A stretch of DNA of 64,000 nucleotides, taken from the NCBI GenBank assembly GCA_963702845.1, contig OY969763.1, positions 1,344,001 to 1,408,000 on the forward strand, read 5' to 3'. Shown one piece after another: positions 48,014 to 57,625 of this stretch (the first letter of the stretch is position 1; each line of letters opens with the position of its first letter). The notes under the pieces are model-generated. The model was not told where the DNA came from, ran no database searches, and saw nothing but the letters and a program-made list of their open reading frames with translations. This DNA comes from an uncultured Verrucomicrobiae bacterium (lineage in GTDB: Bacteria; Verrucomicrobiota; Verrucomicrobiia; Limisphaerales; Palsa-1400). Both the position numbers and the translations under genes were made by a program.

Positions 48014-51000
48014 CTATTGGCTAATCGCAACACGCCCGCTCACCCCGTTGCGAATGAAGTATCCCGTTGCGACGCTTTGATCCTGCATCGTGATGCCTTT
48101 GACTGTCACCGGCGTGCCATCCTGCATGATTATGCCGCTGAACAGGCCGGACTTTGGTGTCACCGAAAGATTTGCTTTGGTGGAACTGGTTTGGCAAACA
48201 ATCGTATTCAGGTTTGTGCCAACAATTGGATTCACGACGTTTGCCGCTAATTTTCCTCCGCTGAGCATCATTGAACTGCCGTTGAGGTTGATACCCAGAC
48301 CGCTCGAATGCGGATGGAAAGCCGAACCAACAACAGAAACCTTCGCAGCAAAACCATTTTGATAATTTGTGCCGCCTGCCGATTTAATCCAACGCAGATT
48401 ACCGACGCAACGTGTGCCGGGCGTATTAGTGAACGACAGCCATCCGAGGACTGAACCATGGTTACCGTACAATTGGCAGTAGAGCGGCCAGGTGCCAGAT
48501 GCCGCGAGCGCAGTGCCCTGAGTCGCTGGCGTATTATCGGCAAGAGTTGCACCGAGCTTAATCGCGCCGTTTGGCTGAATGGTCACGTTGCCAAAGCCAT
48601 CGCCGTTCGGAGCTGTCGCACTGTTTTGTCCTTGCAGACATAGCGTGTAGGAACCGGCCTGCGGCGTTGTATTTTTCGCGCTGTAAACCGCGCGATTCGC
48701 CAGGAGTGGAATGTTCTTTCCATTCTTTCGCACGATGCCTTTCAGGCGTGCTTCCGTACCACTTGATTCCGCAACCAGCGACACGCTCCTGCCACCACTC
48801 AGCACCGCAACAGAACGATTCGCATGGAACTTCCCGCTGAACCCGGTATGCACACCATGCTGATTGATGCTGCCGGTATACGTCTGGTTCTTCGTTACCA
48901 ACAGCGTGATATAGCCGGACGTGTCATCGTCAGGCGTGCCGTCGAAATAGAACAAGCCATTGTAACTGCCCGCCGCGAGTTGCGTCGAAACCGTCGCAAC
49001 CGGCATGGTCGTCGAGCCGCCGGGACCGGTCACCACACACGTGTAAACGCCTGCACCGTCGAATGTAAGTGTGGTGGAGAAAGTCGATCCGGTCTGTCCC
49101 GGAATATTGACTCCATTCAATTGCCATTGATACATGAACGGCCCTTCACCAGAAATCGCCGGCAAGGTGAGCGTGACTGGATTGCCAATTAGCGCGTTAA
49201 TGTATTGCGGAGAACCGATGGCTCGTGGGCTGTTAGACGCAGCGCCGTAGATGCCAGTTATTTCAGAGTCGCTCAGCGCGCGCGAGTAGAGTTCAATTTC
49301 GTCGATCTGTCCACCAAAGCGCGTCGGGCCTCCGTCGTCATCGGCGATTTCAAAACCAAAAATACTGGTAAGTACCGTGCCGATAGCCGGGAAGCTATTT
49401 GTTCCTGCCACAATACCATCAACATAAATCACCAAGTTCGTATCCTGCCGAACGCAAGCGATGTGGTGGTACCGTCTATCCCCAATATGCTGGCCACTGG
49501 TCTGGACGGAGAAAGCTCCGAGGTCAGTGTGTAATTCGAAAGACACATCATTGCCGAGGTCCATTACGCGGTAGCAGGCTGGACGAGAGAGTAAAACTGA
49601 ATAACCGGCAGACGAAGCCCGTTCCCAAAAATCGACGGTGAAATCGTTCGCCCCGAAGTCACCGCAATTATTGAAGGAAATGAAATCACCGGCGCCATCG
49701 AAGCTAAACGCCTGACCGACAACTCCGGGCGCAAACGATGCATTCAAATCCGACAAGTTCGCGCCTCCCATCAGATCAACGCCGTTTCCTTCGGCGCACC
49801 ACTTGCTCACCAGCCCGGGAAGAACGGTGCTCCCCGGGACTACGGTCAGGTGTGCCAAGGTACTGGTCACATTTTCCGCCGCATTCGAAACTTTCACTGA
49901 GTAATCACCCGCAGCCGAGAGCGGCACGGAACTCATCGTGAAAGCAGAATCCGTTGCGCCGGGTATGTCCGTCCCCTGGAATTGCCACTGGAACGAATAC
50001 GGTTCCTGACCGGTCACCGCGACCGACAATGTCGCGGCCATGCCTTCGATTCCCTGAGCGCTCTTGGGTTGCGTCACAATCAGCAAGCTGGGATTCGGCT
50101 GATACGTCGAGAAAATTTCCGCATCGCTTAACGCACGATTGTAGAGAGTGATTTCATCGAGCATGCCGGTGAATTGTTTGCTGCCATCTATGCCATTGCA
50201 GCAGCTCCGGCCGAGAATCAGGTTTGGCGGCAGCGTCCCCATGTCTGCTGCGGGGCCGGCGGATGTCGGGCCGCGGATGCCATCGATAAACAGGGTGATC
50301 GCGCTACCTTTGCGAACTGCTGCGACATGGTGGAACACGCCGTCATTTAGAGTGACTGGAATACCGCTCGAAGTGGCGCTGATGAACGTGCCGGGTTGCC
50401 CTGCAAATTCCCACTGAACAAAATGCCGGGTTGCGTCCCATTGCAATTCAAACATGGGCGCGACGTTGCAAATATCGCGTTGTGCCAAAATCGTTTGGGC
50501 GTAACCGGTAAAGCTGGTTTTGATCCACAACTCGAATGTGAAATCGCCATAGCCAAGCGGACCGAACAGATTGCCGCAATTGACGGTCGTGTTCCCATTG
50601 AAACGAAATGCACTGCCGAGAACGCCGGCAGCGTATGATAAGTTGGCGCTTGGGGCACTCCGACCAGTGATGCTGTCGATGGTCGTGCCTTCGCCGGACC
50701 AGCGTGAAATCAAGTATTGATCGAGGGATGGTGCGTTGGTGACGAATAGTGTCGCTGCTGTGCTGGTGAGGTTTGTATATGGGTTGCTCACAATTGCGGT
50801 GTAAGTTCCCGCGTCGCTGGCTTGAGCGCTGTCGATTTGGTAGTAATGCCCAACTGCGCCCGGAATATCGTGTCCATTTAACTGCCATTGATAATTAATC
50901 GGCTCGATGCCGACACCGACCGCGTTGAAGACAACAGTGTGGTTGGCGAGCGTGCGTTGGTTGAATGGTTGCGTGACGATCGCGAGTTTCGAGTCGGGAT

Positions 51001-51685
51001 GCATTAAAAGATATGCCTCATTCGCGTCGAGAGCCGTGTTATAGATGCGGATGTCATCCAACGCGCCAACTAAGCCATCATCACAGGTGTTGCCTCCGAA
51101 GGTCGCTACTGATGTGTTGGTGAATGTTTCGCCGGTATCTGGATCGGTGAAAACGTCAAAATTCGTCGATAGATCCACTATTGCGGAACCGCTGTTAAGG
51201 GCAGAGAGGACGCCGTCGACATAAATCAGAAGATCGGTGGAATGACGTTCTGCGATGACGTGATGGAAAGTTCCATCATTGACCTGTCGCGCGCTCACGG
51301 CGGCACAACTGACACCATTCGTATCGGCAATGACGAGGGCAATTTGTCCGTCGGGCGTAAGCGCGCAGTTCAGGGTATTGTCACCGCACAGGTCAGCAAC
51401 GGCTCCGGCTTGGCCGGTCGTTTGAATCCAGAATGCCAACGAAAAATCGCCTGTCCGAAATGCGAATGCCTTCGGGTCCACGATGACCTGGCCAGTGCCA
51501 TCAAAGCTATATGCCTGGCTGATTTGACCGGTCGTATACGACAGATTGGCAGACGAGCCGTCGTTTCCACCAACGATGTCCGACGTGTTGCCGTCCGCTG
51601 GCCAATGTGCAATCAGACTTGCCTGTGCTGCGAACGAAAACGCGAGTAGGGGAAGAGCGACCAACCGTAACAATTTTGTTTTCAT
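48014..51685 (-). CDS. Secreted LamG/concanavalin-like x3 + immunoglobulin x3 protein with conserved C-terminal domain
   Basis: Signal peptide; three DG.FHH..A.R...+YVDG...G.LD(E/D)I.+Y.RAL units alternating with YQW..NG.DIPGA Ig units. Confidence 0.9.
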   Translation of the reverse strand: MKTKLLRLVALPLLAFSFAAQASLIAHWPADGNTSDIVGGNDGSSANLSYTTGQISQAYSFDGTGQVIVDPKAFAFRTGDFSLAFWIQTTGQAGAVADLCGDNTLNCALTPDGQIALVIADTNGVSCAAVSARQVNDGTFHHVIAERHSTDLLIYVDGVLSALNSGSAIVDLSTNFDVFTDPDTGETFTNTSVATFGGNTCDDGLVGALDDIRIYNTALDANEAYLLMHPDSKLAIVTQPFNQRTLANHTVVFNAVGVGIEPINYQWQLNGHDIPGAVGHYYQIDSAQASDAGTYTAIVSNPYTNLTSTAATLFVTNAPSLDQYLISRWSGEGTTIDSITGRSAPSANLSYAAGVLGSAFRFNGNTTVNCGNLFGPLGYGDFTFELWIKTSFTGYAQTILAQRDICNVAPMFELQWDATRHFVQWEFAGQPGTFISATSSGIPVTLNDGVFHHVAAVRKGSAITLFIDGIRGPTSAGPAADMGTLPPNLILGRSCCNGIDGSKQFTGMLDEITLYNRALSDAEIFSTYQPNPSLLIVTQPKSAQGIEGMAATLSVAVTGQEPYSFQWQFQGTDIPGATDSAFTMSSVPLSAAGDYSVKVSNAAENVTSTLAHLTVVPGSTVLPGLVSKWCAEGNGVDLMGGANLSDLNASFAPGVVGQAFSFDGAGDFISFNNCGDFGANDFTVDFWERASSAGYSVLLSRPACYRVMDLGNDVSFELHTDLGAFSVQTSGQHIGDRRYHHIACVRQDTNLVIYVDGIVAGTNSFPAIGTVLTSIFGFEIADDDGGPTRFGGQIDEIELYSRALSDSEITGIYGAASNSPRAIGSPQYINALIGNPVTLTLPAISGEGPFMYQWQLNGVNIPGQTGSTFSTTLTFDGAGVYTCVVTGPGGSTTMPVATVSTQLAAGSYNGLFYFDGTPDDDTSGYITLLVTKNQTYTGSINQHGVHTGFSGKFHANRSVAVLSGGRSVSLVAESSGTEARLKGIVRKNGKNIPLLANRAVYSAKNTTPQAGSYTLCLQGQNSATAPNGDGFGNVTIQPNGAIKLGATLADNTPATQGTALAASGTWPLYCQLYGNHGSVLGWLSFTNTPGTRCVGNLRWIKSAGGTNYQNGFAAKVSVVGSAFHPHSSGLGINLNGSSMMLSGGKLAANVVNPIVGTNLNTIVCQTSSTKANLSVTPKSGLFSGIIMQDGTPVTVKGITMQDQSVATGYFIRNGVSGRVAISQ

Positions 51686-51839
51686 AACATTATCGGACCC
51701 GGGTCGGGCGCAAGTCTGCTCTTTCTGCGGGAAGAGTCAATTCTACAGTAACGCTTCCGGGGGCATCCGCGAACTTGACTTGAGGACGGTGCAAATCCAT
51801 CTTCTGCTTGCATTTGCCTCAATCAATCGGAAGCTCGTT

Positions 51840-52793
51840 ATGACAAACCAAAGTGCCAGCAGCGACCTGCTTTCTCAGGTTACCGACTTCAAATATCCCG
51901 GCGAATGGGCGAGCGGTTCCAATGCCGCCCAACGCAGCAGGGAATGCTGCGCGCAGCTCGAAGAAGGGCGCATTGTTTACTTCGACAATATTCCTTTCAA
52001 TTTTCCAAAAGAAGATCGTGAGTTTTTGCTTTCGCAAAAACAAAGCGGATTTAAGGGACATAAAAATATTTCCTATCGTCCAAAGCAGGACATGCTTCGT
52101 GGAGCAGTCGGGTCGAAAGAACACCTCGAGCGCACACACGAGATCATGCGCAGCTATTCTGCCGAAACGGTGAAATTCCTGTCGAAGTTGCTCGCGCCCT
52201 ACGCGCCGCATTGGGCGTTGGATTTTGCCAGCTATCGCCCTGAAGAAGAGCAGGGCAGGGACCTCGCTTTGCACAAGCGCAACGACCTGATGCACGTCGA
52301 TTCTTTTCCCACGCGTCCGATGCACGGCAACCGCATCCTGCGTTGTTTTACGAATATCAATCCATCAGCCCCTCGTGTTTGGCATACGACCACCGATCGC
52401 TTTCCGCAAATCGCCGAAAATTTCGCAGCCGACGCCGGCCTGAGCCGGATTGCCGCGCAGCGCGGTTACAATCCACTCCTGCTTGGTTTGAAAAAAATCG
52501 TTGGCATGAAAGCGCCCGCGCATTCGCCTTACGACCGTTTCATGCTTCGTTTTCACGACTACCTGAAAGAGAAAAACGAGTTTCAGGAGAATGCGCCCAA
52601 GCAACGGATCGATTTTCCACCCGGCTCAACGTGGATTTGTTATACCGATTCCGTTCCACACGCCGTGCTCTCCGGTCAATACGCGCTTGAACAGACCTTC
52701 ATTATTCCGCTGCGCGCGCTGGTGACGCCGGAAAAGTCACCCATCCGTATTTTGGAAAAGATGGCCGGCCGCCCCTTGGCAAACGTGGCATAA
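51840..52793 (+). CDS. kdoO: Kdo hydroxylase family protein (Kdo to Ko dioxygenase)
   Basis: LEEG.I.YF, KNISY, SYRP, DLMHVDSFPTRP..GNRILRCFTNINP, YD.FML.FHD.LK, FPPG.TWICYTD.VPHA.LSGQYALEQT. Confidence 0.88.
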   Translation: MTNQSASSDLLSQVTDFKYPGEWASGSNAAQRSRECCAQLEEGRIVYFDNIPFNFPKEDREFLLSQKQSGFKGHKNISYRPKQDMLRGAVGSKEHLERTHEIMRSYSAETVKFLSKLLAPYAPHWALDFASYRPEEEQGRDLALHKRNDLMHVDSFPTRPMHGNRILRCFTNINPSAPRVWHTTTDRFPQIAENFAADAGLSRIAAQRGYNPLLLGLKKIVGMKAPAHSPYDRFMLRFHDYLKEKNEFQENAPKQRIDFPPGSTWICYTDSVPHAVLSGQYALEQTFIIPLRALVTPEKSPIRILEKMAGRPLANVA

Positions 52794-52919
52794 TCCGGAT
52801 TCAGTTCGCAAAACTGAATACTGACGCACTGAATACTGAATACTTTTCTTCCCTGCCACGTCCCATTTAGCGGCGGGGTTTTCTTGAACGTGTGTTCACG
52901 CCCGCCTACACTCATGTGC

Positions 52920-53816
52920 ATGAGAAAAATCGTCGCGCTGATGGCGCTGATGCTGGCGGGACTCGCGATCGCAAATGCAGCCCCGAGCGGAATAAACGTC
53001 GAGGTAGCTCTGGATCAAAGCCAGTTTCTGCCCGGTGAAGATGTCACCGTTGCGGTCCGGGTAACGAATTTGTCTGGACAGGAAATCGAACTCGGCAACG
53101 ACAACCAATGGCTGACATTTAATATCCAGGGCGACGGTTCCTACATCGTGCCGCGAACCGGTGAAGTGCCCGTCGCCGGAAAATTCACGCTGCAATCTGC
53201 AAAGGTCGCAACGCGGCGTGTTAATATTACTCCCTATTTTAGTTTAACTCGGCAGGGCCGCTATCGTCTGACCGCGACCGTAAATTTGGCTCAATGGAAA
53301 CAACAGGTTTCGAGCAGGGTGACAACGTTCATGATTATGACTGGCGTGCAACTGGCGAACGTCCCGGACCTTGAATTCGGCGTTCCACCCAAAGCCGGTG
53401 AAGCGAACACAATTCCGGAAATTCGCAAATACGTTCTCGAAAAGGCGGCCTACGCCCGTGACATGAAATTGTATCTGCGCATCACCGAGGCCACGGGCAA
53501 GTCACTGCGCGTGTTCCCGATAGATCGCATGGTTTCGTTCAGCACGCCCGAAGCTCAGATCGATGGCCACAGCGACTTGCACGTGCTGCACCAGACTGGC
53601 GCGCGCGCGTTTAATTATTCGGTCATCAATCCGGACGGCGAAGTGGTCCTTCGTCAAACCTATCAATACACCTCCACACGCCCGGTCTTGCGCAAAAATG
53701 ACGATGGCAAGATTTTTGTGGGCGGCGGTGTTCGGACGATTTCCGCTCACGATTTTCCACCTGTCACCGCGTCAATTCCCGCAACCAAGACGGATGCCCA
53801 AACCGCAACGCCATAA
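52920..53816 (+). CDS. Secreted hypothetical protein
   Basis: Signal peptide MRKIVALMALMLAGLAIANA; about 298-aa beta-rich ORF. Confidence 0.8.
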   Translation: MRKIVALMALMLAGLAIANAAPSGINVEVALDQSQFLPGEDVTVAVRVTNLSGQEIELGNDNQWLTFNIQGDGSYIVPRTGEVPVAGKFTLQSAKVATRRVNITPYFSLTRQGRYRLTATVNLAQWKQQVSSRVTTFMIMTGVQLANVPDLEFGVPPKAGEANTIPEIRKYVLEKAAYARDMKLYLRITEATGKSLRVFPIDRMVSFSTPEAQIDGHSDLHVLHQTGARAFNYSVINPDGEVVLRQTYQYTSTRPVLRKNDDGKIFVGGGVRTISAHDFPPVTASIPATKTDAQTATP

Positions 53817-54795
53817 CTTCATTCCAGTATGTTTACTGCTGTTGCTGGCGTTCTGTTGGAACGTTCGGTCTCAGCAAGTGGTGCTGCAGCTCAAAAATGG
53901 CGACCGGTTGACTGGAAAAATTGCTTCTGAAACGACGAACCAGATTGTCCTGATCACGACGTGGTCGAACAATATCACCATTCCGGTCGGTTGGATTACG
54001 AAGCGTGAAGCAATGACCAATCCGCCGGTTGTTGTCGTTGCCTCCAACGCCCCGGCAGCCATTCCGACCATTCCTCTCTCGCCCGCCAGGGCCATTGCTC
54101 CGCCGGCTCCGGTCGTGATTTTGACAAAGACACCGGACCATTGGCATTACGAAGCGCAGGTCGGTATCAATCTGCAGTATAACCAGGTAACCTCGGAACT
54201 TTACTATGGAGCGTTCAAGACGCTCTACACGGGAGACCTTTGGCGGGACGTCATGGACCTGAAGGTCAACTACGGCAAAGCCGACGGCACGCTCTCGGCA
54301 AATAACGCCAGCTCCACCTGGCGTGTCGAGCACGACGTGAACAAGACCAAGCGCATGTTTGTCTTCAATGCTGTCGGAGCCGGCTACGATCAGGTGCGGC
54401 AAATTCATTTTACTTACGACGAAAGCGTGGGTGCTGGTTACAAATTTATCGAACGGCCAAATTTGACTTTGACGGGCGACTCAGGGGCGAACTATCAAAA
54501 GGAATATTTTTATCGACAGGTTCAGCAGGACAACTTCTCGTTACGGCTGGCGGAGATGGTGAGTTGGAAGGTGAATCCCCGGGTCACCTTTGACGAGAAG
54601 TTCGAGTTCTACCCGCGCGTGACCAGTTGGTCGAATTACCGTTTGCGCGCGGAAGCGAACATCGCTTACAAACTCAACACCGCAGGAAGCTTGTTCCTCA
54701 ATTTGGGGGTGGTCGATCTTTACGATACCCAACCAGCTGCCAATGTATCGCAGAACGATTTACAGTTTCGCTCCAGCCTGGGACTGAAATTTTAA
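53794..54795 (+). CDS. DUF481-type outer-membrane beta-barrel protein
   Basis: Signal peptide, L.NGDRLTG N-domain, amphipathic strands, C-terminal SSLGLKF. Confidence 0.82.
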   Translation: MPKPQRHNFIPVCLLLLLAFCWNVRSQQVVLQLKNGDRLTGKIASETTNQIVLITTWSNNITIPVGWITKREAMTNPPVVVVASNAPAAIPTIPLSPARAIAPPAPVVILTKTPDHWHYEAQVGINLQYNQVTSELYYGAFKTLYTGDLWRDVMDLKVNYGKADGTLSANNASSTWRVEHDVNKTKRMFVFNAVGAGYDQVRQIHFTYDESVGAGYKFIERPNLTLTGDSGANYQKEYFYRQVQQDNFSLRLAEMVSWKVNPRVTFDEKFEFYPRVTSWSNYRLRAEANIAYKLNTAGSLFLNLGVVDLYDTQPAANVSQNDLQFRSSLGLKF

Positions 54796-55343
54796 GCAGC
54801 GTCAATGCAATTGGAGTAGAACGGTCGCATCGCTCCCAATTTCTTAACGACCTCCGCGAGATTTGGCACGACTGCATCGCGGCGACCGGCGCCCAGCCAC
54901 GGAGATTCGATTAGCAAAGACAGACAGCCAGCGTTTCGCGCGGCTTCGGCATCTTGCCATTTGTTGCTGATCACTACGCATTGTTCGATGTCCAATTTCC
55001 ATTTGAAGGCTGCTTCCATCAACAAACCTGGTTTTGGCTTTCGGCAGGGGCAAAACTCGCTGGTGTCATGCGGGCAAACAAAAATGTCATCCAAAGAAAA
55101 TGTGCGACGGAGAATGGAATGCATCAGGTCCAGCTCGCGACGCGGTAAGACACCGCGCGAGACCCAGGGCTGATTCGTGGTCGCGATTAGAAGGTAACCT
55201 GCAGCTTTTAAATGGAGCAGCGGTTCCATCGCCTGCGGGTTGTGCGCCAGTTGTTCGATCGCGAGCGGAGACATCGGTTGGCCTCGTTCCACCCTCTCGG
55301 CGTTCAAGATGCCATCTCGCTCTAAAAAAACTGCCCTTCGCAT
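54792..55343 (-). CDS. HAD-IIIA hydrolase, GmhB/HisB-N-like, with degenerate catalytic motifs
   Basis: AVFLERDGILN, TTNQP, CPH....CPCRKPKPGL, ISNKWQD..AA.NAG. Confidence 0.85.
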   Translation of the reverse strand: MRRAVFLERDGILNAERVERGQPMSPLAIEQLAHNPQAMEPLLHLKAAGYLLIATTNQPWVSRGVLPRRELDLMHSILRRTFSLDDIFVCPHDTSEFCPCRKPKPGLLMEAAFKWKLDIEQCVVISNKWQDAEAARNAGCLSLLIESPWLGAGRRDAVVPNLAEVVKKLGAMRPFYSNCIDAA

Positions 55344-55526
55344 ACAGGTCTATATAGCAAAACGCTCGCCGAGGCATGCCAGCATCGGGAAAACCACTAA
55401 AAACCCAGTATTTACAGGCCTTTCCGTGTATCGCAAAAATGCGAGAAATGGCGGTATTCAAGCACAAGAAAGCTACAGCCGCAGATTGACTCGACCCGTT
55501 GCTTTCGGCGATAAAGAAGCACTGCA

Positions 55527-56897
55527 ATGCAAACCGCAACCGCTCCTGTCGCCCGAAAGAGCACGCTCCAAGGCGTTTCGTCGTATCACATTTTGGTCCT
55601 CGTAATCGCCGCGGGAGGTTGGCTGTTCGATTGCATGGGCCAGCGCATCTTCGTGCTAGCCCGTGAACCGGCGTTTCGCGAGCTGCTGGCGTCTCAAGCA
55701 AGTTTGATGGATGCCAAATCCTTTGATGCCTTGGTTAAAAGCTGGGGAGGATGGGCGACCTTTACGCTCATGGTAGGTTGGGCAACAGGTGGTTTGATAT
55801 TCGGTACGATGAGCGATCGAATCGGTCGGGTAAAAACGATGATTGCGACGTTGCTCGCTTACACGATTTTTTCCGGCCTCACCGGCCTGGCTCGCACGCC
55901 ATATGAGTTTCTTGCGTATCGCTTTTTAGGTGGGCTCGGCATCGGCGGCATGTTCGGTGCGGCTACGACGTTGGTTGCTGAGAGCATGCCGACGAGTTTT
56001 CGCGCGGTCGCGTTGGGCATCATGCAATCGCTTTCCGCCTTTGGAAACATTGGCGCGTCACTTATCAGTGCATGGTGGATCCCGCCAGGCAAGGCCGACT
56101 TCTTTCACGGTTACGCCGGTTGGCGCTGGATTTTCCTCGCCGGCGCTGCCCCTGTGATTCTTGCCGTTCCCATTGCGTTACTCCTGCGTGAACCGGAGCC
56201 GTGGCTTGAAGCAAAACGTAAAGCTAAAGAGAGCGGGGGGGCCGGTAAACACGTCGGCTCGGTCGCAGACTTGTTCAGAGAACCCCGTTGGCGTCGTAAC
56301 ACCTTTGTCGGAATTTGCCTCGGATTGGCTGGAATGGCGGGTCTATGGGGAATCGGTTTCTTCTCGCCCGAATTAATTTCTACGGCGCTCAAAGGCGCGC
56401 CTCAGACGACCGTCGATATCGTTCGTGGATACGGAACTGCGTTCCAGGATGTGGGAGCATTCTTCGGAATGCTCGCGTTTACTTTCATCGCGACCCGTTT
56501 CAGCCGTCGTCTGGCGTTCTTTGGTGCCTACGTCCTGTGCCTTGTCACAACCATTTTCGTCTTCAACAATCTGCGCTCCGGTTCAGACGCTTACTGGATG
56601 CTCCCGCTGATGGGCTTTGCGCAACTGTCGGTCTTTGGCGGCTACTCCATCTACTTCCCAGAACTCTTCCCCACGCGTCTGCGCGGCACCGGCGTTGGCT
56701 TCTGCTACAACACCGTTCGCTACCTTGCCGCATTCTTTCCGTTGATGCTTGGTGGGCTCAATACGATGTTGATCGACCAACACATCAACGAACCATTCCG
56801 CAAAGCCGCGACAATTCTATCCTTCATCTTCATCCTCGGCATCGTGGCGTTATTCTGGGCTCCCGAAACCAAAGGCAAGCCGCTGCCGGAAGATTAA
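55527..56897 (+). CDS. MFS transporter
   Basis: About 12 TM helices; GWLFD, SDRIGR, RFLGGLGIGG, FPELFPTRLRGTG.GFCYN, APETKG. Confidence 0.95.
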   Translation: MQTATAPVARKSTLQGVSSYHILVLVIAAGGWLFDCMGQRIFVLAREPAFRELLASQASLMDAKSFDALVKSWGGWATFTLMVGWATGGLIFGTMSDRIGRVKTMIATLLAYTIFSGLTGLARTPYEFLAYRFLGGLGIGGMFGAATTLVAESMPTSFRAVALGIMQSLSAFGNIGASLISAWWIPPGKADFFHGYAGWRWIFLAGAAPVILAVPIALLLREPEPWLEAKRKAKESGGAGKHVGSVADLFREPRWRRNTFVGICLGLAGMAGLWGIGFFSPELISTALKGAPQTTVDIVRGYGTAFQDVGAFFGMLAFTFIATRFSRRLAFFGAYVLCLVTTIFVFNNLRSGSDAYWMLPLMGFAQLSVFGGYSIYFPELFPTRLRGTGVGFCYNTVRYLAAFFPLMLGGLNTMLIDQHINEPFRKAATILSFIFILGIVALFWAPETKGKPLPED

Positions 56898-57060
56898 CAT
56901 AGCACCGTCAACAATTTGTCGAACATGCAGCTCATTGCCGGTATTGTTGAATTGCGAGCTGTGAACTTCATTCACAACAGGGCCGGGACCTTGCGAATGC
57001 GACTGTATAGTGAAGTAACGGTCTTGTAAATAGGTAAGTTACGGCACTACAATAAAGACG

Positions 57061-57088
57061 AAAAAGCCCGTTCTTGCGAACGGGCTTT
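57061..57088 (-). terminator. Intrinsic terminator of the alpha operon
   Basis: aaagcccgttc-ttgc-gaacgggcttt hairpin with A5 on the left, 25 bp after the rplQ stop. Confidence 0.85.
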
Positions 57089-57112
57089 CGTGTAATTTGT
57101 TTTTAACTTCGT

Positions 57113-57616
57113 TTAGGCAGTCGCTTCTTTTTCAGCAGCGACTTTCTTTTTGCGGGGCTTCTTTTCCTTCTTTTCACCTTCCGCGGCTTCTTTTGCTTCG
57201 CCTTCTTTGGCTTCGGCAGCAGGAGCTTCGGTCTTGGGTTCCACGGGTGCAGCGACGGGGACGTCGACGAACTCGAGGATGGCGAGCTGGGCGGCGTCGC
57301 CGACTCGTTGGCCAAGGCGCATGATGCGGGTGTAACCGCCATTACGTTCTTTTTGGGTCGGAGCGATGTCGTTGAACAGGATTTTGACGGCTTCCTCGTC
57401 CTGGTGCAGGCGGGCGGACGCGAGACGACGATCGTGCAACGTGCCGGCTTTGCCTAGCGTAACCATCTTTTCGACGACGGAACGAGCGGCTTTGGCTTTG
57501 GCCAGGGTCGTCGTGATGCGGCGATGTTTGATCAAGCTGCAGACCATGCTGGCGAGCATGCGATTGCGATGCGTGCCGGTGCGGCCGAGTTTAGCTGTGC
57601 GTTTTAAATGGCGCAT
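57113..57616 (-). CDS. rplQ: 50S ribosomal protein L17 with Glu/Lys/Ala-rich tail
   Basis: MRH....KLGR...HR, ITTT.AKAK, RNGGYTRI. Confidence 0.98.
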   Translation of the reverse strand: MRHLKRTAKLGRTGTHRNRMLASMVCSLIKHRRITTTLAKAKAARSVVEKMVTLGKAGTLHDRRLASARLHQDEEAVKILFNDIAPTQKERNGGYTRIMRLGQRVGDAAQLAILEFVDVPVAAPVEPKTEAPAAEAKEGEAKEAAEGEKKEKKPRKKKVAAEKEATA

Positions 57617-57625
57617 ATGTCGAAG

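Noticed and set aside
56900..57060. Possible ncRNA in the MFS-rplQ convergent gap
   Set aside because: Only short, weak stems (cagctc/gagctg); no recognisable family or promoter.
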